Assembly: GCA_028279595.1 (NCBI GenBank)
Contig: JANQNK010000003.1
Span: forward strand, 249,087-313,086
Direction of reading: 5' to 3'
Source: Thermoplasmatota archaeon
Lineage (GTDB): Archaea; Thermoplasmatota; JAKEGO01
DNA length: 64,000 nucleotides
Positions 47,779 through 59,800 of this stretch are shown one piece after another. The notes beneath the pieces were generated by a model. That model saw nothing but the letters and a program-made list of their open reading frames with translations, made no database searches and was not told the origin of the DNA. The translations under genes and the position numbers were made by a program. Position 1 is the first letter of the stretch. Every line of letters begins with the position of its first letter.

Positions 47779-48777
47779 TCAGATGTCCCACATTATGGAA
47801 TGTATCCCGACCGCCTGGTCGACGATCCTCCGTCCGACCCCGTTGTCGTAGCCCTCGTTGAGCCTCATCGGGACCGACCTCTCCTCGTCGATGGCTATGA
47901 TGTTCCCTACGACCTCCGAGAGAGCGCCCAGATCGTACCCTCCTTCAAGGAAGTACGCGATGCCACGGGAGCCTCCGCGGGCGAAGTCGTGCAGCCGCTG
48001 TACCAGGGCCATGTAGCCCTCTGACGTCAATCCCATGTTGGCCAGCTGGTCGGCGTAATGAGCATCCACGCCGATGCTCACGAGAACGAAGGATGGATCG
48101 TACTTCTCCAGGATCGGCAATATCAGCCGGTCCATCCCGTACATGAACGTCTTGTCACCCGTCCCTGCGGGGAGGGGAACGTTTATCGTATAACCCTCGC
48201 CGACACCGGTACCGACCTCCTTGATGTGGCCGGTGCCAGGAAAGATACCGTACTGATGGGTCGAGATGTAGAGCACGTCCTCCCTCGAGCGGAAGATGTC
48301 AGCAGTGCCATTCCCGTGGTGGACGTCGAGGTCGATGATCGCTACCCTCTTGGAACTCTCCAGGGCCCTCTCGGCCGCCACCGCCACGTTGTTCAGGTAG
48401 CAGAACCCGCCTCCGAACATCGTCCCTGCGTGATGGCCCGGGGGCCGGACCAGGGCGAAGGCCGCTGAGTTCTCCGTCGCGACGTCGACCGCCAACGAGC
48501 CCGCCCCCGCGGCAAGCCGTGCGATGGCGAGCGTGTCACCCGTCATGTACGTGTCGGGGTCGTAGTATCCCTCGCCCGTGTTCTCCAGGTCCCTCAGGTG
48601 GTCCTTGTGGTGGACCTTGAGCAGGAGGTCCTCGTCCACGGGCTTCGGTTCGTGCATCGGAGGGTCCAGTTCGGACCGCGCCAGCGAGCCCAGGACCACG
48701 CTGAGGCGCTCCGCCCTCTCCGGGTGTCCAGCGTACTGCCGGTGGTCCATGAAGCGGGGGTGGAATACTATGTCCAT
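47779..48777 (-). CDS. Histone deacetylase family protein (Zn-dependent amidohydrolase)
   Basis: HPE..ERL, RPPGHHA, GFCYLNNVA, IDLDVHHGNGT, G.DAH..D, LEGGY. Start re-set to MDIVFHPRF at 48777. Confidence 0.93.
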   Translation of the reverse strand: MDIVFHPRFMDHRQYAGHPERAERLSVVLGSLARSELDPPMHEPKPVDEDLLLKVHHKDHLRDLENTGEGYYDPDTYMTGDTLAIARLAAGAGSLAVDVATENSAAFALVRPPGHHAGTMFGGGFCYLNNVAVAAERALESSKRVAIIDLDVHHGNGTADIFRSREDVLYISTHQYGIFPGTGHIKEVGTGVGEGYTINVPLPAGTGDKTFMYGMDRLILPILEKYDPSFVLVSIGVDAHYADQLANMGLTSEGYMALVQRLHDFARGGSRGIAYFLEGGYDLGALSEVVGNIIAIDEERSVPMRLNEGYDNGVGRRIVDQAVGIHSIMWDI

Positions 48778-48873
48778 TGGAAGACCCAAAGCATTTCTGA
48801 AGATAAATAGTTTGTCTGGCGTGCGTCGTAGTGGAAGAACGATGCACATCCAGTCACAAATACCTCGGTAGGA

Positions 48874-49527
48874 TCATTTCTTCTTCTTCTTGCCAGCAGG
48901 AACGTTCCAGGTCGCTCCGTCATCGGTGACGACCTCGTGCTTGATCGAGTCCGGGCCGTGGTAACCGTCCTCGGCGTCGAACCTCATCTGCTCCTCCTTC
49001 TGCCACTCCAGCCCGTGGGAGCGCTCCACCCAGTGGTCCTTGGACCTCTTCTTCCGAATCGGCTCCTCCGGCCTAGGCGTCGGGTCGGTGCGTCTCACAT
49101 CCCGGGGCCTTTCCCTGGTCCTCGAACCGTCGTCGGGGGTCATGAACCATCCCGTGTCCCTCTGGGAAGGCTCCTCGGGCGGCTCGGGCCGGGCCGGCTC
49201 CTCCGCCCTATCGACCGGGGGCGGGAACCTGTTGTCGATGCCGTTGTCGAGGACGACCTCGACCCTTGCCCCGGAAGCGTCCCGCACGGTCTGAAGATGA
49301 GCATGGGGGATCTCCTTCTTCTCCTCCTTCTTCGGTGCCGCCACGTCGATGGGCAGGACCTCCAGGTCGTCCAGCCAGTCGGTGACACCCCCCTTCTTCT
49401 CGGGCTCCCGTTTCGGCTCCGGCTTGGGCGGGTCGAGTGGCTTGGCCACTCCCGTCGGTGCTCCGCACCCAGGACACTCCCTGTCGTATCTGGTGTACCT
49501 TGCCCCGCATTCGTCGCAGAACGTCAT
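48874..49527 (-). CDS. Zinc-ribbon protein with a long Pro/charged low-complexity tail
   Basis: MTFCDECGA......CPGCG after an AGGAGG RBS. No TM segment. Confidence 0.75.
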   Translation of the reverse strand: MTFCDECGARYTRYDRECPGCGAPTGVAKPLDPPKPEPKREPEKKGGVTDWLDDLEVLPIDVAAPKKEEKKEIPHAHLQTVRDASGARVEVVLDNGIDNRFPPPVDRAEEPARPEPPEEPSQRDTGWFMTPDDGSRTRERPRDVRRTDPTPRPEEPIRKKRSKDHWVERSHGLEWQKEEQMRFDAEDGYHGPDSIKHEVVTDDGATWNVPAGKKKKK

Positions 49528-49594
49528 GGTCCTCCTAGACGGTAACGCCACGGAGGTATTTTAAGAATTCTGTGACTCGACCAAGATCCGATCG

Positions 49595-50128
49595 TCATCC
49601 CAACGAGAGGATATGCTTGATCGAGAGTGGGACCACGAGGGCCGCGCAGACCAGCGGTATGATGTTCATACCTATGGTATAACTGATCTTCACGGAACCG
49701 CCGAAGAACGGGTCGGTCTCATCCACTCCGTATTCCTCGTTGTAGTCCGCAACATGGACGTAGTACATCCCGTGCAGTATGATGATGAAGATGGCCAAGG
49801 CCGCTGCACCTCCGCCCATGTAGCCCACCGATCGGCCGAATCCAGCATTGTTCAAAGCGTTACCGATCACTGCCAGGGCGGCGAGGATCGTCATGACGAT
49901 GTAGGCGTATCCGATCCACATGACGTCGTTCCCGAGGTTGCTCAGGACATCGTCGTTGGATTCCGAACCCTTCAGAACGGACAGTTCCGACATGTGTGCG
50001 GTACCCCCGCTGCCATAGAAGTCATAGGAAGCTGTCATCCATGGTAGCATCGGGATCATTGATAGACCGATGACACTGAACAGCAGCATGAAGAAGGCGG
50101 CCCTGGACTCACCGTAGTACCCTACCAT
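49595..50128 (-). CDS. Four-TM membrane protein of unknown function
   Basis: Four hydrophobic segments with LPW after TM1. GAGGGTGA RBS and overlap with the upstream stop. Confidence 0.75.
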   Translation of the reverse strand: MVGYYGESRAAFFMLLFSVIGLSMIPMLPWMTASYDFYGSGGTAHMSELSVLKGSESNDDVLSNLGNDVMWIGYAYIVMTILAALAVIGNALNNAGFGRSVGYMGGGAAALAIFIIILHGMYYVHVADYNEEYGVDETDPFFGGSVKISYTIGMNIIPLVCAALVVPLSIKHILSLG

Positions 50129-51561
50129 CGGTCACCCTCCTGCCCTCTGTCATATTCCATCCTTCCATCGTATCGATCGTCATATCGGCCCCGGCGATCG
50201 GGATGCCGATCGTGTCGGGGTTCGGGCACCCGCTCTCGCGCCTTCGGCCTCTCCCTGACGCGTTCGATCCTTCCAGAGGACGAGTGGATGAGCACCATGC
50301 CGAGGACGATCATCACGGATCCCATGAGAGCTATCACGGAGCCCGCCTGGGAGTAGTTGCCGTACCCATGGTCAGGGGGATCCTCCGCCCCCGCCTTCGT
50401 CAGCTCGATGGCAAGGCCGTCCCCGATGAAGGTGGTCCCAGAATAGATAACCACACCGGCTGCCACAATGACCATCGCCCCCATGATGACCCCGAACAGT
50501 GGAGAGAGCTCCGGTTTGCTGCCTTCTAGGTAGGCCCCGTAACCGACCATGGCAGCACCGATCCCTGTTGCAGCGATGAGGCCCGTTATCCCCATCCATA
50601 TCCTCCGCTCCATCACCTTTGCATCAGTGCCGTTGATGTCGTCCGCTTCGATGTCATCATCACTCTGGGATGAGACCTCGAGCTTGTAATCCCATGAGGC
50701 TTCGCTCGTCCCACCATCATCATCTTCCTCCCAAACAGTTATCCACGGAAGGAGGAAGGAGCTAAGAAGCCCGATCACAGCCAGGACAAGGACCAACGTA
50801 CCGATCTTCGGCACATGTCCGAAGGAGAATCCCCCGCCCCCACCCCGGGGCGTTCGAGGAGGTCCCCCTCCATCGTCGACCGGTGGTGGACCACGACGCT
50901 CCTCGTATCGTTCAGGACCGTATGGTGGTCTTTCGTCATGATATCTGTCACTGTATCGGTCGAAAGGATCGCGTCCCCTAGGCGGACCGCCCCACTCGAC
51001 ATCCTCCTCCTTCACGGGGGAGCGACGCGGTGGTCCTCGGCCCTCATATTGATCCTCCGGTTCGAACTCCATGTCGGGTTCGCTCTCGAACTCGACGGCC
51101 GGTCGGCGGCGCGGTCTCCCGGGCTCGCTCCATTCGGGACCGTCATCGTCATATCCGAACTCGGGTGGCATCGGACCATCGGATGGTCCATCGTCGAACG
51201 AGACCTCCTGCGGCCTCTGGGTCTCGGGGAACTCCTCGAAATCGTCCCTGAACTCCGGAGGGATGTCGGACGGCGCTTCGGTGGCGGGCTCAGGGGTCTT
51301 CGGAGCTTCGAAAGGATCCGGGTCTCGTGACGGTTCTCTCTTCACGGGTGGTTCCGGACGGACAGGTTCCGGCCGAGGCATCCGTTCAGCATAGTTCACC
51401 CGCTCGTCGAGCCAGTCGTCCCCCGTCATCTCGTGTTCCGGACCCGTTGGCGACTCCCGTTCCCGTCTCTTCGGCATTGCTGCAGCGATGGGGTTGCCGC
51501 ATCCTGGACATGTCTCGTCGAATTTGCTGTGCTTTGCCCCACATCGATTGCAGTACGGCAT
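50122..51561 (-). CDS. Zinc-ribbon + disordered linker + four-TM membrane protein
   Basis: MPYCNRCGA......CPGCG, Pro/Glu/Asp/Arg-rich linker, four hydrophobic segments with LPW after TM1, R/D/Y-rich tail. Confidence 0.78.
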   Translation of the reverse strand: MPYCNRCGAKHSKFDETCPGCGNPIAAAMPKRRERESPTGPEHEMTGDDWLDERVNYAERMPRPEPVRPEPPVKREPSRDPDPFEAPKTPEPATEAPSDIPPEFRDDFEEFPETQRPQEVSFDDGPSDGPMPPEFGYDDDGPEWSEPGRPRRRPAVEFESEPDMEFEPEDQYEGRGPPRRSPVKEEDVEWGGPPRGRDPFDRYSDRYHDERPPYGPERYEERRGPPPVDDGGGPPRTPRGGGGGFSFGHVPKIGTLVLVLAVIGLLSSFLLPWITVWEEDDDGGTSEASWDYKLEVSSQSDDDIEADDINGTDAKVMERRIWMGITGLIAATGIGAAMVGYGAYLEGSKPELSPLFGVIMGAMVIVAAGVVIYSGTTFIGDGLAIELTKAGAEDPPDHGYGNYSQAGSVIALMGSVMIVLGMVLIHSSSGRIERVRERPKARERVPEPRHDRHPDRRGRYDDRYDGRMEYDRGQEGDRW

Positions 51562-51740
51562 GGTCCCTCGCTGCCGATATCGGACGCTCACTATTTCAAC
51601 GTTCTGGAATCATCTCCAGTTCGAAATCGATATTCTCTTAAACCCCCTCTCCGATTGATGCGCGAGGCCTGAGAGGCAATGGACGACTCAGATGGTGACC
51701 AACGGGGCGCTGCAAGATTCTTCGACCGGAGGCTTACGGA

Positions 51741-52340
51741 ATGAGGGTCAGTGAGAGGAAGGACGGTCCGCGGAACATCAAGGAGATGCTCACCGAGATG
51801 AAGGACATCTCCGAATCCATCGTGGACCTCGGTTATTCGGCGGTCATATTCAACAGCGAGGACATGGCGAAGGAGGTGAAGGTCCTCGAGGACACGATGG
51901 ACGAGCTCCTCAACGAGATGCGCGTCACCGCGATCCTCGCGGCCCGGACCCAGGAGGACGCGGAACAGATGGCCGCCACGCTCCAGGTCGCGGCCGCCGC
52001 CGAGAAGATATCCGACGCCGCCGGCGACATCGTCCGGCTCCTCGAGATAGACATCGAGAAGCGTCCGTTCCTTTCGAGCATCCTCGCCGGGGCGGACGAG
52101 AAGATCAGGTCCGTGGCCATCTCGCAGGGTTCCGATCTGTCGGGAAGGGTGGTCGGCGACCTCGAGGTCGAGTCGGAGACCGGCGTCAGGATCATCGCCA
52201 TCAAGCGCAGGAAACGTTGGATATACGAGGTCGACGGCGACACCAGGATGAAGGCCGGCGACTACCTCGTGGTCCGCGGCGTCGAGGACGGTTTCGACCG
52301 CCTGAGGGACGTCGCCCAGGGGGTGAGCCCTTGGAGCTGA
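51741..52340 (+). CDS. PhoU-like + TrkA-C domain protein (archaeal potassium-channel-associated family)
   Basis: L.EMKD.SE..VDL.YSA, A.E.ISDAA.DI, and TrkA-C signature S.L.G..VGDL...ETG.RIIAIKR...W. Confidence 0.88.
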   Translation: MRVSERKDGPRNIKEMLTEMKDISESIVDLGYSAVIFNSEDMAKEVKVLEDTMDELLNEMRVTAILAARTQEDAEQMAATLQVAAAAEKISDAAGDIVRLLEIDIEKRPFLSSILAGADEKIRSVAISQGSDLSGRVVGDLEVESETGVRIIAIKRRKRWIYEVDGDTRMKAGDYLVVRGVEDGFDRLRDVAQGVSPWS

Positions 52341-52912
52341 AGGGTTCCGTCGAGGACCAGGTCGTAGCACTGAAGAACACGACCGAACTGATGATCGATC
52401 TTGCCTATTCCGCCCTGCTCTACGAGAGCCGCGAGCTCGCCGAGGAGGTCGTCGAGCTCGAGGAGGACGTCGACGTCGCACACATGGCGATAATCGAGGA
52501 GGCACTCCATTCCGTCGAGCGCGGAGGCTCCCCCGAGGCGGTCATGGCCGTGGCCAGGCTCGCCGTCAGCATGGAGATGATCGCGGACGCCGCAAGGGAC
52601 CTGGCGGAGGTGGTCCTCGATGACGTGGAGCTCCATCCTGTCGTCAGGATGAGCATAACCGACTCGGACACCGGGATATCCCGAGTTAGGGTGTCTGAAA
52701 GCTCAGTGCTCGCAGGGCGGACACTCGGCGACCTGCATCTTTCGACCGAGACGGGAATGTGGGTGTTCGCCGTCAAGAGAGGCAGGTCCTGGACCTACGG
52801 GCCGGACGAGTTCCAGGGCATCGAACCCGGAGACATCCTTATCGCCAGGGGCCCCCAGGACTCCTGTGACGATCTGCGCTCCATCGCCGCCGGGGAAATG
52901 GACCTGGAATAG
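52331..52912 (+). CDS. Second PhoU-like + TrkA-C domain protein (tandem paralog)
   Basis: In-frame TTG at 52331 after GGGGTGA. LKNTTELMIDLAYSALLY, ME.IADAA.D, S.L.GRTLGDL.L..ETGM.V.AVKRG..W..GP. Confidence 0.86.
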   Translation: MELKGSVEDQVVALKNTTELMIDLAYSALLYESRELAEEVVELEEDVDVAHMAIIEEALHSVERGGSPEAVMAVARLAVSMEMIADAARDLAEVVLDDVELHPVVRMSITDSDTGISRVRVSESSVLAGRTLGDLHLSTETGMWVFAVKRGRSWTYGPDEFQGIEPGDILIARGPQDSCDDLRSIAAGEMDLE

Positions 52913-53138
52913 ACCTCCCGGAGCAAGTGAGATCGCTCACGGATTCTTGAAATTGGCCAATATACAGCCCACCTCGAGGGATGTCGGTCATCCGAGCGTC
53001 ATCCAGGTACCGCTCTTGAATCTAGATGGAACCAAGACGGGTTTTCAGGAATAGACGCTCGCCCCCGTTTTAATCGGGGGACCGACACGTCTCACCCACT
53101 GCGATATGGGATCGTTGAGAATGGAAGGTACTCGACGC

Positions 53139-53654
53139 TCACTGGTTCCAGGTACCGGTCTTGACGTCGATGCGCCAGGGGCTCGGCACCTTCATGCCGG
53201 CCTTCCTGAGGGCGCCCTTCGCGTGAACGATGTCCCGCTCGTCGACCCTGATCATCATGAGCGCCTGGTTCCTCTGGACCCTGGCAGCGGTGCTGACCGC
53301 CTTGCCGAAGGCTCGCCTCATCCCGTCGGAGACACGATCGGCCCCTGCGCCGACCGCCTGCTTGTTCTCCCTGAGGACGTGGTGCGGGAAGACAAGGACC
53401 TTGAAGTGGTAGTTCTGGACACCGACATGCTTGTGGAGGTACCTGTTGGCGGCGACACGAGCTGCTTCGAGGGACGTATGCCTGACCTGGCACCCTTCCT
53501 TGAGTACGAGGTAGGTCTCATGCTCGAACTTGCCCTTGACGTTGCCCAGGTCGAACTGCATTATCCTCGAACCTGGAATGCCACCCATGTACTTCCTTTG
53601 GGTGTAGGCGGGCCCGGTGATCCGCCTGTACATCTTCGCCGGTTTCCGCGACAT
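53139..53654 (-). CDS. rpl10e: 50S ribosomal protein uL16 (L10e)
   Basis: RKPAKMYR, YMGGIPG, QVRH.SLEAAR, PH.VLRENK.A.GAGADRVSDGMRRAFGK. Confidence 0.97.
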   Translation of the reverse strand: MSRKPAKMYRRITGPAYTQRKYMGGIPGSRIMQFDLGNVKGKFEHETYLVLKEGCQVRHTSLEAARVAANRYLHKHVGVQNYHFKVLVFPHHVLRENKQAVGAGADRVSDGMRRAFGKAVSTAARVQRNQALMMIRVDERDIVHAKGALRKAGMKVPSPWRIDVKTGTWNQ

Positions 53655-53674
53655 GGGGCGCTGTAAAGGGTCAT

Positions 53675-53726
53675 TATTTATATCATTTGCGCTTTTTTAC
53701 ACGGCGTAAGTAGTAAGGTTTATATC
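53675..53726. promoter_or_regulatory. Divergent TATA boxes for uL16 (-) and the giant ORF (+)
   Basis: TATAAATA on the minus strand (53675-53682), about 21 bp before the uL16 ATG. aaggTTTATAT on the plus strand (53719-53725). Confidence 0.55.
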
Positions 53727-53803
53727 CTTTTACGGGAATAGCTCGATAACCTGCTCAGTCAGAGCTATCGCTATATCTCTGATTGGTCAAGGGGTGAAAT
53801 GAC

Positions 53804-56800
53804 ATGAAAGGAACCTATATGTGGTTGATAGGCGCCCTCGTCGGGGTGCTTGTGCTTGTAATGCTGGGCTCAACGGCCCAGGCTGGAGATGTTTTCTTGG
53901 ACGACTGGGAGGACGGAGACATGTCCCTCCCGGACGATCTGGATGGCAACTCCGGAGACAAAGACGGATGGTATACCACCGACTCGTTGACCTGGTACTA
54001 CGATTCGGGTTGGGGTATGAACGATGACGGCTACACCTCGTATGACACCCAGGACCCGTACGAGGGAGACTACTGCGTTCTTGGTCAGCTCTACGGGTAT
54101 GGCGACAACAATACCCTTTATATGTACATCGACCTGACCAACTCCGTAGAGTACGATTACACGCCGGGAGACGATGTTTGGATATCATTCTGGTACACGT
54201 TCACCGAGTACCGCCCATCCTTCTCGTACCCGACGACCTCGCTCTACATGTACATCTACGACGCCGATGACGATTCGTACACGACGGTCTGGACCGGCGA
54301 CGTCACGAACACCGACTACTATCCCGTGCCTGGCTCGGGAGAGGACATCTGGAAGCACGTGGACGTCGACATCTCGGACTACATAACGACGACCACCGGC
54401 GAGTACACGGAGATCTACATCTGCCAGAAGACAACCACCACTGGCTACGTTTATCCGTACAGGAACTACGCCAAGCTCGACTACATCGAGTTCGACATCA
54501 AGGACTATCCTGACTTCGCGGTCGACAACATCACCGCGACACCCGACTATGCCGAGATGGGCACTGACGCCTTCGTCAAGGCAGCGGTCAGGAACGACGG
54601 TCACACCCAGTACACCCTCGACATCAGTGTCGAAATGAACGTCGCTGATTCGGACGGGACCGTGCTGGACACCCAGACGGCCACCATCACCGAGGACCTC
54701 GATGTGAACGAGTGGGTGTGGGTCTACTTCAACGTCAGCGAGTCCACCACCAACGGCTTCGAGGTATTCAACATCACCGTCGAGATCGACATGGGCACTG
54801 ACGTCGACTCGTACGACGATATGAAGATGGCCCAGATCACGAGATACTGGGTCAAATGGTGGGAGAGCTACGAAACGGGCGACATGGAGGCGCCATTGCC
54901 AGCAGAACATGGCTGGTGGGTCACCGATCCCCTCGGAGACAACGGCGGCGGCTACCAGGACGGCGGCGCCGGCCTGACCTCCGATTCGCAGTACTCCTCA
55001 CCGACCGGTTGGGACAGGGCCTACGACGGCGATTACGCCATGATCGAGAGGGTCGCCAGGTACGAGAATCCCGCAGTCCTCGATGTTTCCGCATATGTCT
55101 CCTTCAACATGACAGGATGGGACAATGTCGGCATCGGGTTCTACTACGATATCTACCTGACCAGTTCCACGTATTACCAACCCTACTACTTCGCTGAGGT
55201 GCTCGCCAGCGACGACGGCGGATCCTCATGGGTCTCGCTGGACACCGATTTCAAGAAGGACCTCACCGTCAACAACTGGGAGCCCAAGTCCTACGACATC
55301 TCGGGCAACCCGAACATCGACATGACGGACAACGTCACCCTCAGGTTCCGGTGGCGCTGCACGTACTCGTATCGGGCCTATCCGTACTACTACTTCAAGT
55401 TCGATGCGCTCACCCTGACCGGTGATCCCCTCGACAAGGATGTCGCGATGAGGGGCATTGGAATCCCGGGCAACACTGTCAGGCTCGGCGACGAGTTCGA
55501 CCTGACGGCCACGGTCAAGAACGTCGGAAAGGACACTGTCACCCCGAGTGTCCGTGTCGTCGTCACCGACCAGTGGGCCAACGAGGTCATGAACGACACG
55601 AAGAGCGCCGGCAGCATGGACAGCCTGGACATGGTAGATGTCACGTGGGCGGACTTCGAACCCGACGCGGTCACCAGGTATTACATCAACGCCACCGTGA
55701 TACTGGCGACCGATGAGTGGATACACAACAACTACTGGCACACTTCCTTCAACTGTTTGCCGTTGATGTTCTTCGAGGACTTCGAGGACGGCAACCGGAA
55801 CGCCACCGACAATCCGCTCCCAGCGGACTACGGATGGACGATAAACGAACCTTACGGCGATACGACCTACTATGACAGCGGCGCAGGCCTGACGTCGGAA
55901 TACACGTTCTCGACGTACTACAACTCCCCGATCGAGGGTGATTACAGCGCCATGCTCTCGCTGTCCAGGTTCGACGAGCCGGACCAGGTTTGGATGGAGG
56001 CGACCTTCCTCGACATCGATTACGAGGACCCGCTCACACTGACCTTCCTGTGGGACACATACGGCTCGGGCTCCTACTACGAGGCGCTCGTCCACGTGTC
56101 GTACAACGGTGGTTCCTCGTGGACCACCCTCAATGACGGCAACTCGTTCCCGTTCGACTATACCATAGGCAACTCGCTCTGGCACACCGAGAAGCTGCCG
56201 ACATGGACCACTGCTCCGGACAACATCACCATCAGGTGGGAGATGAAGAACAAGAACTACCTGTATCCGTATCCGTACTACTTCTTCAAGTTCGACATGG
56301 TGTCGATCAACTTCCCGCTCGAGAACGACCTCGCAGCTCTCGAGGTTGACGTGCCGGGCGTTGCCGGTGCCGGAGAGACCATCCCGGTCGACATCACCGT
56401 CGAGAATGCCGGATACTCGAGCCAGGCGGACTTCGACATCGTGGTCAACCTCTACAACGACGACGACACCCTCTACGACACCTACACGGAGACCATCGGC
56501 GACACCCTCGCTCCTGGCGAGCAGGCAGTGTATACCGTCGACATCGGTCCCGTGGTGTTCGATTCCGGGAAGCAGACCTTCCGCGCCAAGGGCGAGGTCG
56601 TCCTGACCGGCGACCAGGACCAGACGAACGATGCGGCGCCTTTCAGCGATCTGACGATAGCATGGCTTGCCTTCTTCGATACCTACGAGACCGGTGACTT
56701 CGAGGCGCCTGGGGCGATCCACGGATGGAACTCCAGTCACCCGTACACTGGTGATGGCTACGCCACCTTTGCCGGTCTCAACACGTACAGGGCTTACAAC

Positions 56801-59800
56801 TACAACGGCGAGGCCGAACCCTACCAGGGCACATACTCCGGCCTCATACAGATCGGATACGGCTATGCCCAGAACGAGGTATACGCCGATGTGACCGTGT
56901 GGATCTCCGGCTGGGAGGACCTCAACATCGAGTTCATGTTCGACACCTATGCATACTATTACGGCAGCTACTACAACCAGTACGAGTACGAGGTCTGGGC
57001 GAAGACCGACGGGAACGACCGCACCTGGGTCCAGCTCAACGGCGGAAGCGACCTTCCGAAGGACAGCGCCCACAACAACTGGGCGCTCCACGAGGAGAAC
57101 CTTTCGGCCATCTCTGCCCTGGACACCGCGAACTCGACCTGGATGACCTTGCGCTTCAAGGCGAACAAGACACTCTACTATTACGGATATTACTACTACA
57201 ACAACTTCAAGTGGGACAATGTCCTCATCTACGGGAAACCGCCAGCGGACGACGCTGCGGTCCAGTCCCTCGAGCTTTCGAGATCGAAGGTCACTGCCGG
57301 GGATGATATCGACATCACGACGATCATCAAGAACGCCGGCGGCGATCCCCAGGATTATATCGAGGTCGATTGTGAAATAATCGATCAGTGGGGTGTCGTC
57401 AGACAGACATATCCAACGAGGACCACAGGCTCCCTCGACCCCGGCGAGTCCGATACCGAGTCATACACATGGGAGACCCCTGATAAACCCGCCTGGTTCA
57501 CCGTCGTGGTCACTGTGAGCCTCACGGGCGACTCGAATCCATGGAACGACGAGATGACCGCTGATTTCCAGACAGGCCTCTTCGTGTTCTACGACGGTTA
57601 CGAGGACGACAATCTCGACGCCACCGACAATGAACTGCCGGCCGACCACGGATGGAACATCAGCCACCGTGACTCTGGGCAGTACAGCTCCGGGATCGGC
57701 CTGACGAGTGGTGCCTATGATGGGCGGAACGCGATGTCCTACAAGGTCGATTACTACAGTCGACGGGTCTGGGCGAACTTCACCCTGGACATGGCCGCCT
57801 ATGAGGGCGGCAAGGTCATGTTCTGGTACGACACCTACGTCTACACCTACTATCAGAACTATTACCGTCTATGGATACAGGTGAACAACAACTCCGGATC
57901 CGGCTGGGTGAACATCAACGAGCAGGATGACATAGTCTTCGATTACACTCAGGGAAACTGGATGTACTACAAGGGCAACATCGGAAAGGACTACATGGTC
58001 AGCGAGCTCTCCGTGCAGGTCGTACTCGAGACAACGACGTACGGATCCTACAGCTACTGGGTCAAACTCGACGACTTCATGGTGACCTTCCTGCCGAGGC
58101 ACGACCTTGCGGTGATCGACATCATGGGTCCAGCACAGGGACAGCCTGGTCAGGATGTGATCTTCAACGCGACCGTCGCTAACGAGGGATGGCAGACCCA
58201 GACCGGCTTCGACGTCGTGATGGAACCATACTTCGCTTCGAACGACACCCGCGTACCCGGAGCAAGGCAGACCAAGACATACACAGGTTCGCTCGCAATG
58301 CTCGAGACCGACTACATGGAGTTCACCTTCTCCTCGCAGAGGTGGGCGGCGACCGACTACTACATCAACATCTTCACCGGTCTTGGATTGGACCAGGACG
58401 ATTCGAACAACCACACCACCCACATGTTCAGAGGCGAATGGGTGCTGCTCTGGGAGGACTACGAGGGCGATGTGAAGCTTGAAGCGCCAGGACAGTTCGT
58501 ACTGTCAGGCTGGTGGCCCAACGACGACCTCGAGAACGACTACACGAAGAGCGGTATCGGACGGAGCGACGACGGCTACCAGACCAGGGTCCAGTACGGC
58601 AATTACGCGGGCCACGCACAGCTAGGTTATCGCTATCCGTACTACACGAACCCCGAGGCCAAGTTCGTCTACAAGGACGTGCACCTCAGGACCCAGGGAT
58701 GGTCCAACGTCACCCTGAACTTCGACTGGAGCTGGTACAAGTCCACCTACTACTCGTGGGAGGCATCGATCGACATCTACAACGGGAGCGATTGGACGCG
58801 TCTCTACGATATCGACCAGGACAACCAGTACACACAAACCTGGTACAACACGGGTGACATCGATGTCCCCGATTACCTCCTAGCACCCAACATGACGTTC
58901 AGGGTGCGCCTGCAGAACATGAATCCGTCCTCCTACCAGCACGCGGCCTACAACTTCGAATGGGACAACATCAAGCTGTCTGGCGAGGCACCCAGACCGG
59001 TCGACGATGACATCGGAGTGTTCGACATCGTCCTTCCGGCCGAGGGCACCCTCATCGACTTCGAGGAGGGAGACGTGAACATCACGGCCATCGTTGGGAA
59101 CTACGGTTCCAACGAGGCGACCTTCACGGCGAACGTGGTGTGCACGAACCTCGACTACATGGACGAGGAATACCCCGACTACGTCTGGCCAGATGACGGC
59201 GAGCACACGCTCGAATCCGTCAGGTTCCCGCCGAACACCGCGTCCCAGTCCTGGAACTGGGACCCAACCCTCCACGGTTGGTACGAGATCAACGTCTCGG
59301 TCGAGATGAGCGGCGCTGTGAACACATGGAACGACTGGCTGACCACACGCGTCATGGTCGCCTCCGTGAACTTCCAGACCGACTTCGAGGATGACGACGG
59401 CGGATTTACCCACTGGGCGAGCCAGGTCGGCTTCGACGAGTGGGAGTACGGCGTACCGTCCTATTCGGTCAACAACTTCGGCGGAGGGACCCTGGACGAG
59501 GCACATTCCGGAACGAAGGCCTGGGTGACCGACCTTGACGGTCCGTACGACACAGCATATTCGTACCCGCAGGAATACCTCGAGTCCCCCGAGATCGACA
59601 TCTCGGGCGGATACGCGGCATACCTGTCCTTCTGGCACGACTATGACATGTATGGATACAGCGGCACTACCGGTTACGCTGGTTGCAACGTCAAGATATC
59701 CACCGACGGCGGCATATCCTACAACATCATCGACCCGATAGGCGGCTACAACAAGAACCAGGTCTACGGTCTCCGCGGAGGGGACGAGGGCAACACGGCG

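Noticed and set aside
52217-52330. ORF-track N-terminal extensions (52217; also 20612, 48849, 49551, 51591) and the internal start at 57
   Set aside because: The extensions overlap upstream genes or promoters, and better starts with RBS/TATA lie downstream. The first gene is open to the window edge.
52913-53138. Possible RNA gene in the convergent gap before uL16
   Set aside because: No tRNA, 5S, SRP or RNase P signature; only a short CCCCCG/CGGGGG hairpin.
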